From the human T2T-CHM13v2.0 reference genome, Homo sapiens: a stretch of DNA of 64,000 nt. The translations under genes were made by a program, and so were the position numbers. This document shows, in pieces, positions 1-16,279 of this stretch; within the stretch, counting starts at the first letter, position 1; every line of letters starts with the position of its first letter. Where the stretch lies: the NCBI RefSeq assembly GCF_009914755.1, contig NC_060925.1; one strand, 5' to 3'. The notes under the pieces are model-generated. The model ran no database searches. It was not told where the DNA came from and saw only the letters and a program-made list of their open reading frames with translations.

Positions 1-861
1 AAGTCTTCAAGGTGGTGAAGGGTTTCTGTTATCTGTCACGTAGAAGACAATAAACTTAATGACAATTGCCACATCACCTGTGGTGTTGCTGTGTCCATCA
101 TAAAGAGTTATTTATTCACATTTATGCTATACATTTCTGTGGATAAACTCATGTTTTTCTTTCTGGAAAGAAAAGCACCCATCCTCTCTGGTCTTTCTCT
201 TCCCATTTGCTCTATTTTTCTACTTTCCATCTTCTTCTTTCTCTGATTTCTAATTGAGATAGAAAAGATTAAAAAGCTCTTTGAATAAATCCAGTAATTT
301 ATACAGGCATTCCTGCAGGCATTTTCGTCCCTTCAGCAGCGGGTTATGCTAAACATTGATTTACACAAAAGCAACTGTAACTGCATCTGTTACTGTTTTG
401 CATCATAATTTTGGCTCAGAAATTACAGCTTCCATAAAAGTCAATTATTAAATGGCAGAACTCGAAACGATGTTGCTGAATTAGTGATTGTGGTACAGAT
501 TGACTTAGTCTTCCAATACCAATACTTCTACCACATAGAGATGCACAGACACCAATGAATATCCCTAACTGTTCTTTATATAAGCTCAATGAAGCAATAT
601 CATAAGCAAATATAACCTAACTGGCATTTGGCATAATGTTTTTGTGATCTGTAACTTCCTTGTTGCAGAAGTTTGGTCTCAGCATCATTTTTCTGTGTTG
701 TCTTTTTTAACTTTTGAGGGGTGGATAACCCAAAATTAAATGGCAATGCCCAAGGACAGAAAAACCAAAATGAAAGAGAAAGGAGATTTCTATGTAGCAA
801 ATTCTGTAAGTGTGAAAAATGTATCAAATATCTAACTAGATATTCCTGTTGCCCACGCAAC

Positions 862-899
862 AGCCAAGCTCCTTGCACAAAGCCAAGCTCCTTGCACAA
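862..899. repeat. 19-bp perfect tandem duplication
   Basis: AGCCAAGCTCCTTGCACAA x2. Confidence 0.95.
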
Positions 900-2619
900 A
901 GACAGAGTTTTTGGTTACAAATGTTAGCCTGCTCAGGAATGTCTAGTTAAGGTTGTTAAGCCTAGAAACGAATATCTTGTGAAACTTAAAACACATTGTT
1001 TTTCTGGTTGAAAAATCAAACTGAGACTGAATAGTAGTGATTTATCTCATTCTTTAACTGCTAACATGAAACATTGCATTTGAATTTTAAACTTGCTTAT
1101 AGGAGCTTCTGCATGTTTTTAGCATAGGGAATGGATAGTTTGTATCAAAATAAATAACATTAACACTTGAAAGACAAATAACCAATAAAAATTTTAAACA
1201 ATTATTAAAATCACAATATTGCATTATTTTAATTAAATAAAAAGTGGTAGATAAAGCAATAATGTGATAACAGAATATTGGTAAAAGTATCGTTTGTAAG
1301 TTTCTGGTTTGTGTGAAAATTTAAAAACCCATAAATTTATAATTCATCGTATCGTGGACTCACTTCCAAGTCACTTTTAATTAATGCAAAAGCTACATAA
1401 ACTAAACAATTCAGAATAGGAATGTAGAATTTTGTTGCAAAATTAAATGTCTCTGTTGTAGGCTAATAAGTTTGCCATCCAATTAGATTAAAAATGAATA
1501 CTGCATATATAGTACGTATTTATAGACTAATTTCCAAGCAAGAATTTTTAGATAAATTACATAAACATAATTAAAACATACATTGCCCAGAGTATACCTA
1601 AGAAAACTAAAATCTATTAAAGTTTTTGAAGTTTTGAAGTCCACTGTATCCCTGGAGAGGAAACTTCATGGTTGAAAATCTTTTAATAAAGTGATAAAAA
1701 GGAAATATGTATTCATAATATCTACTTGATATCAGAAACTTTCCAAAAAGAATTTTATTAAACCAAATGGGTAATGAGAGGATCTTTGATAATCATGTGT
1801 GTCCTGACTCTTAAAGCAGTCAACGAAAACACATATGAATACAGATGACTGAGATTTAGTCTATTTTAATTGCCATTATTTTCACTTGGTAGAAGGTTAA
1901 TGTATAATAATCGCATTACCGGGAAATACTGAGAAGTTGGGGACAAACACCTGAAAATTTCCCACTGAATAAACTTCATTTTCTAAGCCAAATATATGAA
2001 TAAAATGAATTTGGTTGCCCTGGAAGTTTCAGTTAACAAATATTGTTTTCAGAGTCTCAGAAAATGTCTTTTAATTTCCCCTTAACAGATTTTTCTGAAG
2101 ATACGCAAAAAATTGTAAATACCTAAATTTAAGAAAATATGCATACAGTTAGAAACGTTTGTTGTCTTTATTGAGGGTGATAGATACACACACAAGTGGC
2201 ATTTTCTTCTCATGGACAAGTGAATGGTGGGGTTGAGTTTTGGAGAGAGAGCTGTTACACTCCACAAATAATTACAGAAGCACAGTGACTAATGATGCTT
2301 CTCCCAGATGCACTTTAATTATTTGCTTTGTACCAAGAACCTTGTCCTTGTTTGGAATACAGAGTCACACTTCTATCGACACATGGTCACAGCCAGTATT
2401 TCATGAAATCATTGAATGAAAATCACTCTTCAGAAAGTGAAGTTATATTTTATCGCCCTTACTTAATAATATGAAATACCCTTGTAATTAGATACTTTAT
2501 ATTGGTGTAACTTGCATGACATCCTTTTATTTTCAAAAGTTATATTATTTATTTGTGTTAGGTTTCTAAAATGTAAAACATGGAAAGAAATTTTTTCCCC
2601 TTTATGATATTCAGCAAAA

Positions 2620-2825
2620 ACATGAGGTTTGGAATCAGATAATCTGAGTTAGTGACTCACAGCTGTCACCCTCCTTATGTGATATTAGACAATCTACGTA
2701 GCCTCTAGTCCTGGGGTTTTTTGTCTTTCAAATGAACACATAGGTCTTCTTCACAACACATCTTCACAACCTCATAGGACTGTTGTGAAGAATCAGTGAG
2801 GATAAACATGGTAGAATCTTGCAAA
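2620..2825 (+). mobile_element. MIR SINE
   Basis: tttggaatcaga...acctcataggactgttgtgaaga, MIR core-like. Confidence 0.65.
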
Positions 2826-2828
2826 CTA

Positions 2829-2874
2829 TTAGGTTGGTTCAAAAGTAATTGTTTTTTGCCGTTAAAAGTAATAG
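2829..2874. mobile_element. MADE1 (Hsmar1 mariner MITE), half element
   Basis: TA|ttaggttggttcaaaagtaattgttttttgccgttaaaagtaat: one TIR plus spacer, second TIR absent. Confidence 0.8.
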
Positions 2875-3214
2875 GGGCTTCTAAAAGGGGCTGTTTGAAA
2901 GTGAACTATTTTAAGTGTCTTGGTTATGGACGTGTGAAAGATTCCCAGCATTTATGGGGAAACATGTTGACTTCTGAGATAAAGATGTGTTGAGAAGGGA
3001 GTAGGTGGCTGTGCCAGTTCTGTAACTGGAAATGTGGACTGTGAGCCATGACTTCTGCCTGAGGGGATGACAAATGTGAAAGTAGTAACAGGCAGGAAAA
3101 AGGCAAAATATAGTGAGGAGATTTTTTTATGTTGATAGAATATAATTGTCTTGGGAATTATATGTATCTTCCTTCTATATTGTACTCTTATAGAACAGGT
3201 ACTTATAAAAATGG

Positions 3215-3660
3215 GCTAAGTTGTGAAGATCTTCTTCTGGATCATCACAACTTAAAAGGGACAGAGGAAAGTTGGAGAGATTTTTAAGGAGGGCCATCAA
3301 TATAATTACATGATTTGAGTATAGGACCTGTGGGGGAAATGTTCTAGGATTATTCAGTATGCTAAGGACAAGGTTAAATGTAAAAATGTGGGAATGTGTA
3401 ATACACTAAGGATAAAAGAACATCTGTTTTCTGTGTCTAAGAAAAATCCAAAAGGAACTGGGCTTAAGCTATAAGATAACAAATTTAAATTAGAAACATG
3501 AAATAATTTCCTGACAGTGAAGGTTGCTGGGCATACAAAGACTTGCTGGAATCTCCTTTGCACATCTTTGAAAAAGTGTTTTCATTTAAATGGAATGGTG
3601 TAGGCTTTGACCTTCCTGAATGTAAGACAATGGGTCAAATAACTTTTAAATAACATTTCT
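3215..3660 (+). mobile_element. L3/CR1 LINE 3' fragment
   Basis: ttctggatcatcacaacttaaaagggacagaggaaagttggagag...aatttcctgacagtgaagg resembles the CR1 3' end. Confidence 0.65.
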
Positions 3661-3959
3661 AATTCCCTTGATTGTGAAGCGCTGTGACTCTGGCAAAATA
3701 GAGAACTGCGGCAGAAATTGTACAAAATAAAAGGCTTAACTATTTGCATGGAGAAAGAGAATATACATTTGATCCTAGTTATCCTACATGGTATTATTGT
3801 ACAAAAACTAAGTGATTGCTTGGAACATTCTAGAATATGGAACATATTTCAAAAAAGATTATATAGAAGTCTCCTTGGAAATTCTCTTTTTTGAGAAATT
3901 CTCTACTTCTGAACTCTCTCAACCCTGGATTGAGTGTAATAGGATATGCAAAGTGTGGG

Positions 3960-4330
3960 AAAGACTGTTAGCTTTTCATTAGATACTTCTTATTTTTCCT
4001 GTGCTAGATTATCTTTTCCAACCTCCTTTGTTCTGATGTATAGCTCTATGTTTGAGTTGCAGCCAGAGGAACATGAAAGTGGTAGATGTGATGTGTACCA
4101 TTTCTGGACCAATGCTTTTCAGAAGAACGTATGCCCATTTTCACAGACCATGACTAGGTACTAGGGGATGGCTGAGCCACAGTTGGAAGGAATCTGAGTC
4201 CCTGAGTTACTACATGGAGGGTCACCTGCCAATTAGGAACATCTGCCTTAGTTGTTTATGTGAAAAAGAAGCTTTTGTTTTATTTGAATTATTCTGCATT
4301 TTTTAGATTTATTTCTTTTGCAGCCTTCTC
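3960..4330 (+). mobile_element. MLT1 (J/K-like) ERVL-MaLR solo LTR
   Basis: gatggctgagccacagttggaaggaatctgagtccctgagttactacatggag motif typical of old MLT1 LTRs. Confidence 0.65.
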
Positions 4331-4743
4331 CAAGACATTGAGTAGCCAAGTCCATATTCTTCTGTTTATTTCTTCTCAGATCTTAGTCAAATACTTTTCT
4401 ACTTATTTAGATTTCTCTTCTATTAAATGGTGAGAACTATGAATTCACTTTTTTTGGGCCGTATTGGAATGATGGATCATATTGCACCTTGAAAGGTAGT
4501 TTTATTTTATTTTTTTTATTTTATTATTATTATTATTATTATACTTTTAAGTTTTAGGGTACATGTGCACATTGTGCAGGTTAGTTACATATGTATACAT
4601 GTGACATGCTGGTGCGCTGCACCCACTAACTCGTCATCTAGCATTAGGTATATCTCCCAATGCTATCCCTCCCCCTTCCCGCCACCCCACAACAGTCCCC
4701 AGAGTGTGATATTCCCCTTCCTGTGTCCATGTGATCTCATTGT

Positions 4744-8575
<3,832 letters not shown>

Positions 8576-8638
8576 TATGATGTTAGCTGGTTATTTTGCT
8601 CGTTAGTTGATGCAGTTTCTTCCTAGTCTCGATGGTCT

Positions 8639-9655
8639 TTACATTTTGGCATGATTTTGCAGCGGCTGGTACCGGTTGTTCCTTTCCATATTTTGTGCTT
8701 CCTTCAGGAGCTCTTTTAGGGCAGGCCTGGTGGTGACAAAATCTCTCAGCATTTGCTTGTCTGTAAAGTATTTTATTTCTCCTTCACTTATGAAGCTTAG
8801 TTTGGCTGGATATGAAATTCTGGGTTGAAAATTCTTTTCTTTAAGAATGTTGAATATTGGCCCCCCCCCCTCTTCTGGCTTGTAGGGTTTCTGCCGAGAG
8901 ATCCACTGTTAGTCTGATGGGCTTCCCTTTGAGGGTAACCCGACCTTTCTCTCTGGCTGCCCTTAACATTTTTTCCTTCATTTCAACTTTGGTGAATCTG
9001 ACAATTATGTGTCTTGGAGTTGCTCTTCTCGAGGAGTATCTTTGTGGCGTTCTCTGTATTTCCTGAATCTGAATGTTGGCTTGCCTTGCTAGATTGGGGA
9101 AGTTCTCCTGGACAACATTCTGCAGCATGCTTTCCAAGTTGGTTCCATTCTCCCCTTCACTTTCAGGTACACCAATCAGATGTAGATTTGGTCTTTTCAC
9201 ATAGTCCCATATTTCTTGGAGGCTTTGCTCATTTCTTTTTATTCTTTTTTCTCTAAATTTCCCTTCTCGCTTCATTTCATTCATTTCATCTTCCATTGCT
9301 GATACCCTTTCTTCCAGTTGATCGCATCGGCTCCTGAGGCTTCTGCATTCTTCACATAGTTCTCGAGCCTTGGTTTTCAGTTCCATCAGCTCCTTTAAGC
9401 ACTTCTCTGTATTGGTTATTCTAGTTATACATTCTTCTAAATTTTTTTCAAAGTTTTCAACTTCTTTGCCTTTGGTTTGAATGTCCTCCCGTAGCTCAAG
9501 AGTAATTTGATCGTCTGAAGCCTTCTTCTCTCAGCTCGTCAAAGTCATTCTCCATCCAGCTTTGTTCCGTCGCTGGTGAGGAACTGCGTTCCTTTGGAGG
9601 AGGAGAGGCGCTCTGGTTTTTAGTTTCCAGTTTTTCTGTTCAGTTTTTTCCCCAT
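8639..9655 (-). pseudogene. L1 ORF1 (p40 RNA chaperone), frameshifted
   Basis: ATG GGG AAA at 9655; stop at 8639-8641. ORF 8841-9386 gives ORF1p coiled-coil/RRM sequence (EIWDYVKRPN, RRATPRHIIVRF). Apparent indels near 9621 (-2) and 9499 (+1), and a C10 run at 8861-8870 (+1). Confidence 0.93.
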
Positions 9656-10507
9656 CTTTGTGGTTTTGTCTACTTTTGGTCTTTGATGATGGTGATGTAC
9701 AGATGGGTTTTTGGTGTGGATGTCCTTTCTGTTTGTTAGTTTTCCTTCTAACAGACAGGACCCTCAGCTGCAGGTCTGTTGGAATACCCTGCCGTGTGAG
9801 GTGTCAGTGTGCCCCTGCTGGGGGGTGCCTCCCAGTTAGGCGGCTCGGGGGTCAGGGGTCAGGGACCCACTTGAGGAGGCAGTCTGCCCGTTCTCAGATC
9901 TCCAGCTGCGTGCTGGGAGAACCACTGCTCTCTTCAAAGCTGTCAGACAGGGATGTTTAAGTCTGCAGAAGTTACTGCTGTCTTTTTGTTTGTCTGTGCC
10001 CTGCCCCCAGAGGTGGAGCCTACAGAGGCAGGCAGGCCTCCTTGAGCTGTGGTGGGCTCCACCCAGTTCGAGCTTCCAGGCTGCTTTGTTTACCTAATCA
10101 AGCCTGGGCAATGGCGGGCGCCCCTCCCCCAGCCTCGTTGCCTCCTTGCAGTTTGATCTCAGACTGCTGTGCTAGCAATCAGCGAGACTCCGGGGGCGTA
10201 GGAACCTCCGAGCCAGGTGCGGGGTATAATCTCGTGGTGCGCCGTTTTTTAAGCCCGTCGGAAAAGCGCAGTATTCGGGTGGGAGTGACCCGATTTTCCA
10301 GGTGCTGTCCGTCACCCCTTTCTTTGACTCGGAAAGGGAAGTCCCTGACCCCTTGCGCTTCCCAAGTGAGGCAATGCCTCGCCCTGCTTCGGCTCGCGCA
10401 CGGTGCGCGCACCCACTGACCTGGGCCCACTGTCTGGCACTCCCTAGTGAGATGGACCCGGTACCTCAGATGGAAATGCAGAAATCACCCGTCTTCTGCG
10501 TCGCTCC
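9656..10507. promoter_or_regulatory. L1 5'UTR: internal sense promoter (minus strand) and antisense promoter (plus strand), CpG-rich
   Basis: The only clearly CpG/GC-rich block in the window; matches young L1 5'UTR. The YY1 motif CAAGATGGCC is absent because the element starts at consensus ~+57. Confidence 0.8.
10111..10419 (+). CDS. L1 antisense ORF0, open, 102 aa
   Basis: MAGAPPPASLPPCSLISDCCASNQRDS... is the primate L1 ORF0 N-terminus, in strong Kozak context (gcaATGG). No stop until 10417-10419. CAG|GTGC donor-like sites near 10216 and 10301. Translation at this locus is unproven. Confidence 0.7.
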   Translation: MAGAPPPASLPPCSLISDCCASNQRDSGGVGTSEPGAGYNLVVRRFLSPSEKRSIRVGVTRFSRCCPSPLSLTRKGKSLTPCASQVRQCLALLRLAHGARTH

Positions 10508-10788
10508 GAAAGGTAGTTTTATTATTTAACCTAAAGAGTGAAAATATTTTTCTAGTGGTTGAATAATCATATCAGAATGTACTTGTTACAATATAAAGAT
10601 TTACAACCCACCCATTTTTACTCTATCTCAAAAAAAGAAAAAAAATCTTTAAAATATAGGAAGATGGCCAAAGATTTACTACATATTTCCAACAATATTT
10701 GTTAAAAACGTGGTGTCTTTTTTACTGAGAGGATTTTCTTCAGTATGATTAATGAATCACATATCAGAAAGCTGGATTTAAATTCCAC

Positions 10789-11141
10789 CTTAGTTTGGGC
10801 AGCTATAACAAAATACCTTAGCCCAGGTAATTTATAAACAACAGACATTTGTTGTTTCTCATAATTCGAGAGGCTGGCAAGTTCACGAGTAAAGCGTCAG
10901 CAGATTTGGTGTCTGCTGATAGCCTGCTCTCTGCTTCAAAGATGGCGTCTTGTTGTCTTCACATGGTACAAGACCCAAACAAGTTCCCCTAGACCACTTA
11001 TAAGGGCACTAATTCCATTCCTGTAGGTGGGGCCCTCACTACCTAATCACCTTCCAAAGTTCTACCTCTTAATATTACTACATTGAGGATTAAGTTTCAA
11101 CATACAAATTTTGGGGGAACACAAAGGTTCAGACTACGGCA
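10789..11141 (-). mobile_element. MLT1A/MSTD-type MaLR solo LTR
   Basis: gctataacaaaatacc...aagatggcg...taagggcactaattccattc...ttcagactacggca. Confidence 0.85.
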
Positions 11142-11559
11142 TATCTGTAAACAAGAATTTTTACATTTTATTCTTTTCTGCCAGGAGCCAGTACAGCTAA
11201 TACTTTTACAAAGAAAATTCTATGTGCATAATATTTTTTACTATGTTTCTCTGAAATAGAAATATAAACTAAAAGATGTATAATGAACTTTCTAATTATT
11301 TTTCCTGTTTATGGACATTGGAAGTCACAAATATGTAGAAATATTTGTATGCTAATTAGTGAAATAGATTACTCAGAATGTATCTTCCGTGTCCTATTCT
11401 GGAGGATTTTGAAGACTGGTATAGAAATTTAATAAATGTTAGTCTACATCTAGTTTCACAAGGTATGAAAACTTGTCTTAATATTACAGGACATAATAAA
11501 CAATCTCTTACTCTCCTCTGGCCCCTAGCTCTATTTGAAACCAAATCATTCATTCATTT

Positions 11560-12040
11560 AGAGGTAATATTGTGTGTTATTAGGAGCTTGGGCTCTGGAG
11601 CTAGAATACCTGAGTTTACATCTGGCTCTGCTATTTACTGACTATGGGACCTAAGGCATTTCAGTTTCTCTCTTTTCTCAGTCCTTTCAGCTTTCAAACT
11701 GAGGCCTATTATAATAGTATCTACATTACATAGTTTTGTGTAGAGCACAGTTTAGGGCCTGGTACACAGTAAAGAGCCAATAAATCATACCTATTTGATA
11801 TATTTTTATTGATAATCTGCTATAATAAAAACTATAATACATTAAATTCACTATATGTCAGACTATGTAGTCAACATCAAGTTATCTCATTAAATTCTAA
11901 CAACTCCTCTGTGAAGTAGGTATTATTATGTTATTGGCACAGATGAAGTAAAAAACTCTGAGAGATTAAGTGACTTGCCCAAAGTCACAGAGTTAGCAAA
12001 TGGTAAAGCCAGGATTTAAAACCATGTCCACTAAATTTCG
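11560..12040. mobile_element. Two MIR SINEs (+ ~11560-11790; - ~11840-12040)
   Basis: ggctctggagctaga...; gattaagtgacttgcccaaagtcacag core. Confidence 0.75.
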
Positions 12041-12794
12041 AAGAATTGTGTGTTGGCTGACAGAGGTAGGTGCAAAGATAAAAATGATAAATTAATTAAA
12101 GATTAAAGATAAAAATAATATATTTCTTCTTCTAGAGAAGAAATCAGTTTAGTCAAGGTATAGATATTAAAAAGTATATTCTTGCTAAGTGTTAAAATGA
12201 TGGTATATAAAATAATAAAATGATAGGCTGTGGGAAGAAACCTGGTGTGTTTTTCCATTGCAATTATTATAAAGCACTGTATTTTCCTGACATTGATTGG
12301 TTGGAAATTGTTGCTCATGAGATGATTGTTGAGGCTTAATTATTGACTAGTCTCCTTTGTGCTCTTTGATACCACTTCACACACTTCACACACACACCGC
12401 TCCCCTACCCCTGCCAGTTATCTCATGGGCAGGTGTCTTGGGTGCAGAAGATCAATACAGGCATCTTTGGGTAGAACTGAGCAAGGGCATCACTGCTATT
12501 TGAAAAGCCACTTAATGTGGACATGTAGGTCAACAGTGGAATACTCAGTTGCACATAGCCTTGTCCATTATGACCCAAATTTGATGTATCTTTGGTGGGA
12601 CTCTACATTGCGACTTAACTAGATTCTAGATAAAGGTGACATTTGGAGTTCTCTATTTACACACTTTTGTTTATGCACAATCTATAACTTCCCATCACTT
12701 AATTTGATTTCTTTCCTGCAGTTGAGCTAAAATAATTCAGTCATTTATTCAGGTAATTTATTTGGAGAGATGAGAGGAGGTAGTGACATTAGAC

Positions 12795-13448
12795 AATCAT
12801 AGAATTATAAAATTAGAAGAGACTTTGGGAATTGTCTAATCCAGTGTCCTCAGTATACTAGTGAGGAAACTGAAATTTAGAGAGCCAATGGCTTGATCTG
12901 GGCCACTGTCGGCTGTGTGCAGACTTTCCTCTTGTGCACCAGAGCTGGGCCTGGTTCTGACTCCAACCAGGCTCTGTGCTTGGTCTGTTACCACTGGAAA
13001 AATTAGATACTAATGAGAGAAACTGCTTTAAGGGAAGAGAAGGAAGACACTAAAGAGAAGCTGTAATGAAGTTTCAGAATGTCAAAGCTAAGAGGAATCT
13101 TAGAGATTACCTTTTCTACCTGTCTCATTTATAGAGGATGAAATTCAGTGCCAGACATGTTGAGTGGCTTTTGAGGCCATACGGAACTGGGGCTAGAATT
13201 TGGTTCTTTATTACAAATAATTCCTTCATTATACGAGAGCCACAGTAGGTAAATTTACTGAGAATATATTTTATGACAGGCATTGTGCTAATGCATGTAT
13301 TATGTTATATAATATATGTTATCTTATATAGCATTTAAAGGCTGGCTCTACTTTACAGCTGAGTAAACTGAGGCCCAGAGAATTCAAGTAACTTTCTTAA
13401 CATCACATAACGAACATAACAACAGAACCAGGATTCCAGTGTGGGCCA
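12795..13448 (-). mobile_element. Cluster of MIR/MIR3 fragments
   Basis: atcatagaat...gaggaaactga; gagtaaactgaggcccagaga. The last copy resumes at ~13896-13935 after the LTR. Confidence 0.65.
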
Positions 13449-13895
13449 TATCAAGAACTTGAAGTGTCTGAAATTTCCATCTTCTTGAAAGCTAACAAGT
13501 CAGCCTGCTATAGTTTCATGCATGCTGGCAGAATACCCGAGACTCTTGCGTCAGAGACACAAGACTTTATTATTACTCATATTAATAATAGTGGTCATAG
13601 TGTCAGCAGTTTCCTGAGCCCCAGTTCTTATAGAACTGTGGGAAGAGGGCTGGGGGTCACCTGCACATGCAGTGAGGTGTGCTTCATGAGAGGAACCCTG
13701 AGTTCAAGAGACACAGATCTTTATAGTGGGCAGTAAGTATGGGGGCTTTTTGTTCCGGAGGGAGACACTGTATCTTCCGTAGCTGTTTGCTATTTAAACT
13801 TTCTTGAAAAGACAGTTTGGAACAAAAGCAGTCAGTGCCACTGCTTGCAAGACATGCAGAAACATGAAAGACTCATGGAGAATTGCCTCCCAACA
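13449..13895 (-). mobile_element. LTR40-type ERVL solo LTR inserted in a MIR
   Basis: Minus strand begins TGTTGGGAGGCAATTCTCCATGAGTCTTTCATGTTTCTGCATGTCTTG and ends ...GTTCTTGATA. Confidence 0.8.
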
Positions 13896-16279
13896 TACTT
13901 TGACTGTAAAACTCATATTATCAACCACTAACGCACTGGCTCAGTAGCGGTGCAGCTGGCAGGAAGACGTGATGTTGTAATGGTTTGCTGTTGAAATGGA
14001 AGCATTTCAATAATACAGATTTCTGCCATTGAAATGCCCATTGGTAGTCAGCCCATTGCATCCTGAGAGAGGTGCATATAAAGCCACAGATGTATAATTG
14101 GGGCTGATTTTCTAAAACATTTCCTGTCTTTAGGCATTTTTCTCCCTTATGTAAAAGCTTACTTGAAGGAAGGAAGAAGTAGAGGAGAGAAGAGACTCAA
14201 AGTGCCGTTTGAAGAGAACAGGGTCTCCAGGCTTTATACAGTCATTGACTGCCAGTCTTCACAGGTTGATGCTGGTGTTGCACAGGTCTGTTCACAATAC
14301 AAAAGGAGGGTAGCTGCTAAGGTGGAAGGAGCAGGGCCTTTGATGTTTGGTCTCCTGAATTTGAATACATTCTGCTTCTTTACTGCTGTCCTTGCATAAA
14401 TTTCACCGCCATCTCTGGAGGTTTCATTAGTTCTAAGGTGAGAGTGACTCTTGGCAACTCGTAGTACATGCCCTGACAAATAATAAGCCCTGACAAATAG
14501 TTATTATGACTAAAAGTAGTAGAAATCTGCCACACATAAAAGTAATACTGGAAGACACTTTAATACACAACACCCCATAAGAAATATCACTTTGAGCTAA
14601 AAGACAATGCAAGGAGGAATTTTAAATTGACAAAGTGAATTTTTATTATTTAAAAATGTAGAAGTAATCTGTTAATGCCACTGCCTTTAAATCCCAGAAT
14701 GAAACTCAACTGGCTTCATTTATGCATTCCAAAAAAAGGGAACCCTTTTGTTAAGCCTCACTTAGTCCATCTTAAAGCACCTTTCAGTCAAAGAACAGCT
14801 TCTCATTAAGGGAAAAATGGTTATTAACATCCTCATTTTGCTTCCTCTCGTGAATTATTTGCATTCAGAAATGTGCATGGCATTAGTTTCAGGGTAAAGG
14901 CAAATATGACAGCGGGATTTCGCACCAAGCTCTTTTTTATTATTAGCTCTTTTTATGTACTCCATTTATTATTCCCTCATCATTTTTCACATTGTATTAA
15001 AATGTTAGATTTCTTAAAATAATAATATTTCTTTCATTCGGTAATTGTCTCAGCCCTGTCTACAACAGTCTACATCATAGAGTGCCCATGTATAATTTGG
15101 AATGGCTTGTAATGACTGTTCATTTTTGCTTAGGGGAGGCCCAGGAATTAGCTATCATGTAACTGAATCCCCTCTCTCCCACCGAGAAAGTGATTAGTAC
15201 AGGTGAGGTTCATGAGCTCACAAAAGAGGGCAGTGGTGTGAGGAAGGCTTCTGCTGTGAGAGCTGCCAGTATATTTACAGTCTGGGGCTAGAAGAGAAAT
15301 TAAGATTTTTTTTCTTCCCTCAGCTTTGAACAGTGTCCATCTTCAATGCTTTTTAAAGACAATGGCCTCATACCATATTTTTCTCTTGATGTTGTGAAGT
15401 TGTTGTGTGAGAAATGTTTGTTTGCTGCATCCAACGTTCTCCTTACAAGGAGTGAAGGAATTGGGAATCTAAGGATTCTTATTCAGAGGGTAGTGGGCAC
15501 AGCCTGGCTGAAGTGGAATCAGGGAATCAGGGACATAATTCCCACGAGGGTCTGCCTTGACAAACTGGTTATAATTACTTTGTTTTTCTCTGGTCATAAA
15601 AAAAAAGGTAATAGATCTGACTAATAAAACCAAGCTAATAAAATCATTTGATCATTTTGATTCACTGCACTTCACTATACCAAGCTTCCCTGTTGACTCA
15701 CAAATTGTTGCTGTCTAGTCTTTTTACATTTTTTTTTTTTTTGGATGTCACTTAATGTCTTTTGTTCTCTCCCCTTGTTACTATCCATCATTTCTCTTCT
15801 TCCCTTCAGGGAGCAAGGGAATGATCAATGACCAAGGCTCAAAGCAAGCTATCCAGCAGATCATATAATCATGTCTATATGGTGTATTATGCAACATGTA
15901 GATACTTCGATGAGGCTTTTACAGTGGGATCTGCTTCTTAGTGCATTATGAACTATAGGATGTAGCAACTAGCTTTCATACCTTTGTTGTGTGCTATGTA
16001 AATTTTTCCTTTCTAGAGTATGAGATGGGAGACAACTGACTTCACCATGACCTGGAAGATAGGAGCAGGAGCAAGCTTCTGACTCAGGGTTCAGTGGGTA
16101 CCGGTCTGGGCTTAGACACACTCTTTCATATATCTTATGCTGTCTATGTTGCCTCAATTTTATTAAAAGTCAGGTAGTGAGTAGTGGGTCAGCATAGATC
16201 AACTTTGTTTTGTGGGTGGGAAAAGAGGGATAAAGAATTTCTCACAACTTCCAATGGGCTGCTGAGTAACACACACCAT

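Noticed and set aside
78-180. Minus-strand exon candidate (strong cttttctttccag acceptor, weak CAG|GTGATG donor)
   Set aside because: Stops in all three frames and no other support
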